In this document: positions 57,101 to 64,000 of the stretch, piece by piece
Numbering within the stretch: the first letter of the stretch is position 1
Layout of the letters: every line of letters begins with the position of its first letter
The notes under the pieces: generated by a model
What the model saw: only the letters and a program-made list of their open reading frames with translations
Told to the model about the DNA's origin: nothing
The model's database searches: none
Assembly (NCBI GenBank): GCA_032718475.1
Contig: JAUCBJ010001096.1
Location: forward strand, 35,871 to 99,870
Direction of reading: 5' to 3'
DNA: 64,000 nucleotides
DNA from: Nemertoderma westbladi
Taxonomy: Eukaryota; Animalia; Xenacoelomorpha
Program-made: the position numbers and the translations under genes

Positions 57101-60100
57101 AAGAATATAATTAAACTATGGTGCACCGTCAAACATACAATACCTCACCAAATCTACATTTTTTAATTTACGAGAAAATTCGCCTTTTGATTTAGCCTCC
57201 ACTAAAGATGACAGTAAACTGTTCCAAATTGAAACAACACGGTTTGAAAAAAATTCATTGAACATTTTTAGCCAAGAAAGTCTTTGGAAAAGTTTATATT
57301 TATGGCCGCGTAAACCACCTTGCCATGCGTAACAGAAAAACTGGTCAAAATTAACATTCACATAGTTATTAACGATACCAAACGTCATTTTTAGGTCATT
57401 GGCGATGCGACGCTCCTGGAGGGATTCTAATTTAAGGAAACCTAATCGTTGCATATAAGAATAATTACTATCAATTTTGCATCTGGAAAATAAACGACGT
57501 GTGAAATACCTTTGCACTTTTTCAACTTTGTTTATAGAACCTTGTTGGTATGGTGACCAAACAGGGGTGCAGTATTCAACGATTGGTCTGACAAATGATT
57601 TGTACGCAATCAAAATTGACACCAAATGGACAGAATTAAAACATCGAAAAATCATGTTAATAATTTTACAAGCTTTATGTGCCTGTTGTTTACAGTTGAG
57701 ATCGGAACATATCATCAGACCCAAATCCTTGCATTCCTTATCCTCTTTGTGCGATTTCTCGCGCAACTTGTATGACGCTTTCTGGTTATTCTTACCAACA
57801 TATACCACGGAGCATTTGTGAGCAGCGACCGAGAGTTGCCAGTCGGCTGCCCAGTCACCCAACTTTGACAGCGAACACTGTAATAAATGACTCTCCTTTG
57901 ACGGCGCATACAGTTTGACGTCATCTGCAAACAGTTTGCATGTAATAATTAATATCAACTAGTTGTGGCAGGTTATTATTAAATATTAAGAACAGAACTG
58001 GCCCCAACACACTTCCTTGAGGTGTACCGGAAATGACGTCACATACCTTCGAGAAACAGGCACCAACCACGAATCTCTGTGTTCAGCCTGACAAGAACGC
58101 TGCGATCCAAGCCAGTAGATTACCTCCGATTCCATAACTTGTACGTTTAGAAATCAGTTTCGAATGGACTACGCACTACGCAGTCAAACGCCTTTGCGTA
58201 GTCAATGTATATTATGTCTAGATTATTCTTGTCATCAATTAGTTTAAGCCAATCAACTGTGCATTCGAGTAGTTGGGTACATGTGGAACGTTTCTCTAAG
58301 AAGCCGTGTTGGGACCTTGATATTAATTTGTGCAAAAGCAAATAGCGACATATCTCATCCTTGATGCACATCTCCATGACTTTGCAGGCAATGCACGTCA
58401 GGGAAATTGGTCTGTAGTTGTACGCATCTAGAGGATCACCCTTCTTAAAGGAAGGAATAACGACGGCAGTCAACCAGACTGGTGGAAGAGAGTGATATTC
58501 AAATGACGCTTTAAATATGGCCGAGAGCGGAGCGGCTAGGTTACATGCTAGGTTAGAGAATAATAAGCACGGGAATCCGTCCGGGGTGCGACTAGATTTT
58601 GGTTTCAGTTTTTTGAGCATTTTCAGCACAGTTACCGGATCGAATGGGACTTTATCGAGTTTCACATTTATAGGAACTTTTCGCGGCAATGGGTGTATTG
58701 TATTGTTATCAGATGTAAAGTTCTCAGAAAGAACATCAGCAAATATACTAGCCTTTACAGCGTCATCAAGTATAATATCTCCATTATATTTCAGAGGTCC
58801 GATTCCTGAGTTTGTTTTTCGTTTCGAATTAACAAATTTGAACATGGAGCTACGGTCGCCCGACGTAAGTATTTTCGTTTCCCGGACACAAGCAGCGCGG
58901 AACACCGCCTTAGAGACTTCATCTGCGGCATGTTTATACGCTTCTTTTCCACCAGGCGAATTTCTTCTTCTCCAGAGCAATTTCTTTGTGCGCTGCAGCT
59001 GATGTACATAAGCTGGATAATATTTTTTCTTTCCTGAGTTCGCGAATTTCTTAAATGGGATACAAAGATCAATACCTTTCTTCAATGTTGTACTGAATAT
59101 TTCCCAAAGCTCTGTTACTGAGCTACATGATGTAAATAGATCCTTCCAGTTAACAGTTCGAAGAAATAATCCAAACTGATTATAGTCACCGTTTTTGAAA
59201 TCGTAGTAGCCATCAGTATGATCTGGTATGATAGCTTGGGTCGGAGAGGTGATAAGGAATTCCACGGTATCATGGTCACTTGAACCAAAAGGTATGTTTG
59301 TGTCAACACCAGAAACATGGTTGTCATCAGTACTGAAAACTAGGTCGAGGACTGAATCCTTACGTGTAGGTTTAAGTTGCAGTTGAGATAAACTTGCTTC
59401 CAAGACGAGATCAGCGAAGGATTGGTATAATGCATTGCTAGGGTGAGTGAAATCGACCCAATTAAACTCTCTGAGGTTGAAGTCGCCGGTAATCGCGCAC
59501 GGAATGGTTGTGTCGGTTAGTTCTGCGAGACACTCGCACAGCAGATTGTTTTTGTGATGCTGATCGTTTATATAATCGGGTCTGTAGGCACAGATAAAAC
59601 GAGATGGAATATCACCAATAATATCGATTGAGATTACCTCGAGTTCATTAAATTTGTTCGGTATAGGTGTTTGCACACATTTAATGTCGGATGAGACAAA
59701 TATAGCAACCCCTCCACCTCTATCAAGTCGATCCTTCCGAAATACACGAAAACGCGTTCCATGAGTGAGTAATGCATCGGGAACTGCTTCATGGAGCCAT
59801 GTTTCAGTAACAGCAACGATATCACAATTCGTATTTGAAAGGAGTTCGGTTATATCACAGAGTTTATTCATAATTGATTGCGCGTTGAAACAGCAGCAAT
59901 GACATATTCCATTCGTAGCATGGGTAGCTTCTCCCGCATTTAGTTTAAAAGCTCCGGAGACTCCTGCATAGCAGTAGCCGCTGGTGCCGCTCCCGGAACT
60001 GAGCTTGCAATTGGTTGGGGAATCGTCGCACTCGCACCCATCGTACCTACGTGGTTGTCATTACTGACCAAACGCCCTGGCCGCGAGCTTGCGTTACGGC

Positions 60101-61569
60101 GTGATTCGCGCCTAAGGAACTGCTCCCTCGCCTGGAATCTCGTTAGATCGCGATTGATGTAAACGTTGCCGTAGTTATGGGAGTTTTTAAGTTTCTTTTT
60201 AGTCTGGAGAATATTAGAGGCTAGTTCCACACTTGATAACTGGACTGTTATCCGTGCAGGCTTGTTGTCTCGTGCAGGTAACTGTGAGACGATGCTAACT
60301 GATGATTGGGAAGCTGGAACATCGAAGTCATTTTCGAGAAGACTTGATAGGCATTCAATGGCCGTTTTCCATCCTCGATGTATGTGACTGTGGCCGAGGA
60401 GGGGTAACCAACACTGTCACTGTTAAGAAAGTTCGGATGTGGATGGAATATATGGGTGTTCCAGTACGTCTCACTACAGATGGAGTTCCATCATTTCTGT
60501 CGAGAATGGAATATAGATCTTGATCCATCATCCCCATACCACCCTGAGTCTAATGGTTATGCGGAATCGGGAGTCAAAAGCATCAAATCCATTATCAAGA
60601 AGGTTTGCCATAATGGGGACATAACCACACCATCCTTCACCCATGCTTTGATCGAATATCATAATACGCCGAAGTTGGACAGTCTAAGCCCTGCCCAGAG
60701 GGTACTCGGGCGACAAATGAGGAGCACTTTGCCAACAGCTCCAGGATCTTTTAAACAAATAACAGATTCAGAAGTGGCATCAGCAGATAGGAAGACCACT
60801 GAACATTGTGAAAAGTCGAAGCAATCATATGTGGGACTTGTTCCCTAGACTTGTTGCACCCGGGTGAAGCGGTCAGGATGCAACATAACAGGACAAAGCT
60901 GTGGGATAGAAAGGGGACAGTTATTAATATCTGCAAGCGCGGATGTAGTTACCTTATACGCTGTGAAAATCGCCGTACGTATTGGAGGAACTGCCGCTTC
61001 CTCAGACGAGATATTCCAAAACATGCCTAACATGTCTCAGAACGGTCCATTCCAACCAATAGGAGAAGTATACAATCAGATGAAGGAACGGACCAGCAGG
61101 CTAAAGAATCATACAGGCAGGATACCAACAACGACGGGCAGGCTAATTCTGATGGATGGATTGTATGCCGCTGAGGGCGAAGGAACCGCAGAGAACCAGA
61201 CCGTCTTAATCTCTAATTGTAAACTTGAGGGGAGGGGATATAGTGTAGATTGCAAACTGGAGGGAAGGGGGTATAGTTGTGATGGGATCCACTGGAGTTG
61301 ACAGTGCAGTGGTGGATTCCGACCGGTGTGTGGATTGTGCGCATCACTGTGTCCCTGAACTGCTGGGCTGAACCACCTCCTCCCCATACTCCTCTCATAC
61401 TTCCCCAATACTCAACCGCCTTTTTTCCACTCACTTCTGTCGGGCCTCACATTCTCGTTTATGCCATCGCACTCAAGAAGTGTGGTCCGTCTAATGTCTC
61501 GTCCTCCTGTTCTAGTCAATTAGTCCCCAGTCCCAGTAGCTAATTGGAAAAAGGTAGTACTTGACTATA
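54120..61569 (+). mobile_element. pol: Degenerate Ty3/Gypsy (Mag-like) LTR retrotransposon lacking its 5' part and split by a LINE; PPT and 3' LTR about 61272-61569
   Basis: Gag knuckle CFNCGVKGHLIKFC (~54151). PR: LADTGA. RT: WVSPMVVVPKK, DSRHGYWQ, TFLTPWGRYQFLRNPMG, VVED. RH: ETDA, YSATEIELLGVVWA, DHRPL. IN: H..HQG…FWPG…C..C, then TDG, PYHPESNGYAESGVK. Purine tracts at about 61225-61271. LTR termini TATAGT…ACTATA. Confidence 0.9.
56792..60376 (-). mobile_element. 5'-truncated CR1-clade LINE inserted in the Gypsy integrase, with 5-bp TSD GATGT
   Basis: ORF1 end (VYINRDLT, stop at 59940). ORF2 APE (AVTETWL, GGGVA, GDFN, SDH) and RT (NYRPISLT, QHGF, DYAKAFD, FADD, KDLG, LRGH.YKL, FFSNRVV..WNSL), with frameshifts. 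(GAAAT)n-A tail at 56792-56812. GATGT at 56787-56791 and 60377-60381. Confidence 0.92.
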
Positions 61570-61799
61570 GTACATATATTATATATTTTACATTTGTCTA
61601 CACGACATGTCTTAACCCCCCCCCCCCCCCCCCCCCCCTTCGGAGTTGATATGACTCGTCTCTCCCCGTTTCATGGTTTCTCCGCCATCACGATTCTCCT
61701 CTCTCACACCAGACTGGTGGTGCCTTAGAAAGGCTCAGTATGGTAAGAGATAACCAAGTACGATGATGGCCTTCCTCTGTTTTTTTCCTATGTTTTCTT

Positions 61800-62400
61800 C
61801 TGCTACGGTATGCGTACATACCCCCCCTCAATTCCTCACGTGGCACCCTCAGTGCCCACAAGTTCACAATTTACGGTACTGTGTACCCTTCTACTACGGT
61901 ATGCGTACATACCCACCCCCCCCCCCTCAATTCATCACGTGGCGCCCTCAGTGCCCAGAAGTTTACAGTTTACGGTACTGTGTACCCCTCAACTATGGTA
62001 TGCGTACATGCCCCCCCCCCTCAATTCCTCACATGGCGCCCTGAGTGCCCACAAGTTCACAGTTTACGGTACTGTGTACCCTTCTACTACAGTATGCGTA
62101 CATACCCTCCCCCCCCCCCCCCCCCCCCCCTCAGTTCCTTACGTGACGCTGTCAGTGCCCACAGGTTTACGCTACTCTGTACCCATCAACTACGGTATGC
62201 GTACATACCCCCCTCAATTCCTCACGTGGCGCCCTTAGTGCCCACAATAGTGCGCATGTAAATTAGTTATGTTGGTACATTTTGTACTCACCTGACGTAC
62301 GTAATTACTACCTACATTAATGCATCATACACACCGGCACGCCCATACCCTTCTATTACAGTATGCGTACATACCCCCCCCCCCCCCCCCTCAATGCATC
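61800..62400. repeat. About 90-105-bp tandem repeat with variable poly-C tracts, about 5 copies
   Basis: ctacggtatgcgtacataCnTCAATTCCTCACGTGGC…gtgcccacaagttcacagtttacggtactgtgtaccc recurs. Confidence 0.85.
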
Positions 62401-64000
62401 ATACAGTCGAGAAGAAGTAACTTAGCTGGAGGCTCTTTATTGTCTGCCAGAGGGGGGGAGGGGGGGTAACTGCTCCATAACGAAACCAAGGTTTCTGCAT
62501 GGTTCAGCGGGGGTGGGGGGGGGGGGGGTAGTAATATTTGTGTTCAACTAAATTTTTTATTTATTATATCTACTGTACTTACACATGTCTTATTTCCGGT
62601 ATTACATACATAGGAGTAACATAGTTGCTCCGGTACACTGACGCTATTGTTCCAAATAATCATTTAGTGTGTATACATTGAATGCCCAGTGCAATTTTTT
62701 ATCATAAATTCTCTGGTTTTAAGGATCAATAAAGAAATTATTATTATTATTATTATTATATACACACCGGCATGCCTGTACCCTCACTCTAACTTATTGG
62801 ACGACTCAACAACCTAAGGGCCATTCCTCCAGCAGGTAACTCTCCCACTGTCCCCCTGTAGTTCGTCACATTCTCCGCCCCACTCTCCTTGTCGATTCCA
62901 AACCTCTGTGTCGCATTTTGGATCTGAGGGGGGTCGGGGTTCTTGTTTTTGGTCGTGTATATTGCGGATACTGTAATGGGAGAATGTCACCCTGCCCCCC
63001 CCCCCCCCCCCCCCACCGATGTTATATTTGGTACTGGGGTTGATGCTATTATATTGGGGCCCATACGCCTATCTACAATACCCCCCCCCCCCCCTCCCCT
63101 GGATATACATTGTATACCTACATGTTATAGTCATACTGGTGTGCAGGTACCGGTATAGGCCTATCGGCTTCTTGCCTACTGACCGGTATGTATGCCGCGA
63201 CCTCCGGGTCAAATCCCGTCGTTCGTGCTACCCTATTGCCTACACTATCTCTCCCAGCGTGGCTTATAGTATATGCAGTAAGGCCTACAGTATGTCCTGC
63301 AGTCTGCCTGTGTCCTTCCGGATCGAAGTATAATCTTCTCGAGTATTCCGAGAAGTCCTCCCCACGACTACCATATTCTTGATCAGCAGCTACGTTCCGA
63401 CAGGAAGTTTCTCTCCGATCCCTCTCATGTCTTCATCCTTGTACTGCTATACTCTGTACCCCTCTACCGGTATGTGGTATATTTCACCAGGTTGTGTTTC
63501 TCCGGGGCGACGGTAATCTCCCGGAGTTCGACCCCACCGGCTCTATGTCTCGACCTCGACTACCGACGGTTCACTGTCTGTCCTTCCCCGCTGGTTGCCC
63601 GTAGCAACACTTCCTCTTCCCTCCTTGCTTCTTTTGACTTCAGCGTAGTCCCCCCCCCCCCCCCCCATCCGTCACCTCTTGCTTTGCCCCTATGTTCCCT
63701 TCCAGTCGACGCGTTAGTTCTATCCTCACTGGGTTTATTCACCCCCGCTCCTCCCTGCGCAACTGCGTAGCCTTGTAGGCTCTCACTAGCCAAATTGCCA
63801 GTTTCCACTACATATTAATTGCTATATTAATTGCACCGCTAATAGTCTCGCCCTGTTGACTTGTTGCATTATTAATTATATTATTATGATTAATTCCGCC
63901 GGGGTTATTTATTATATTGTTATTTGAATTATCATTTAAATTATTGAAATTATTTTGGTCTACATTATTTATATTATTTAAATTATTTTGTTAACCGTTA

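Noticed and set aside
61600-64000. Short Pro-rich ORFs
   Set aside because: They arise from poly-C tracts and tandem repeats, with no domain or splice support.

Overview
This is a repeat-rich metazoan (probably invertebrate) genomic window. Host genes: (i) one phase-1/phase-1 exon encoding Ig + FN3 (nephrin/sidestep-like) at 8375-9001; (ii) a modular + strand gene with a signal-peptide/Cys-rich/Ig first exon (33664-34525) followed by two duplicated LamG/pentraxin-like exons (38180-38836, 43075-43728). Two truncated copies of this gene's 5' end sit in a local segmental duplication. Satellites: a 7.6-kb 45-bp array whose monomer carries a branch point, pyrimidine tract, AG and GT-donor-like motifs, adjacent GTACCG- and CAATA(A/T)C-based arrays, and several minisatellites. 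Transposable elements: an RTEX-like LINE with one premature stop, RTE fragments, CRE-like RLE retroposon fragments (one with a 14-bp TSD and its empty site in the window), foldback/MULE-like elements, and a nested Copia / LTR / Gypsy / CR1 cluster at 46.4-61.6 kb. The most unusual coding feature is an intronless 791-codon ORF joining a WRN/RNase D-type DEDD 3'-5' exonuclease to three CCHC knuckles, placed like an accessory ORF upstream of a putative ~1.85-kb LTR. All family assignments are by motif recognition only; no searches were run.
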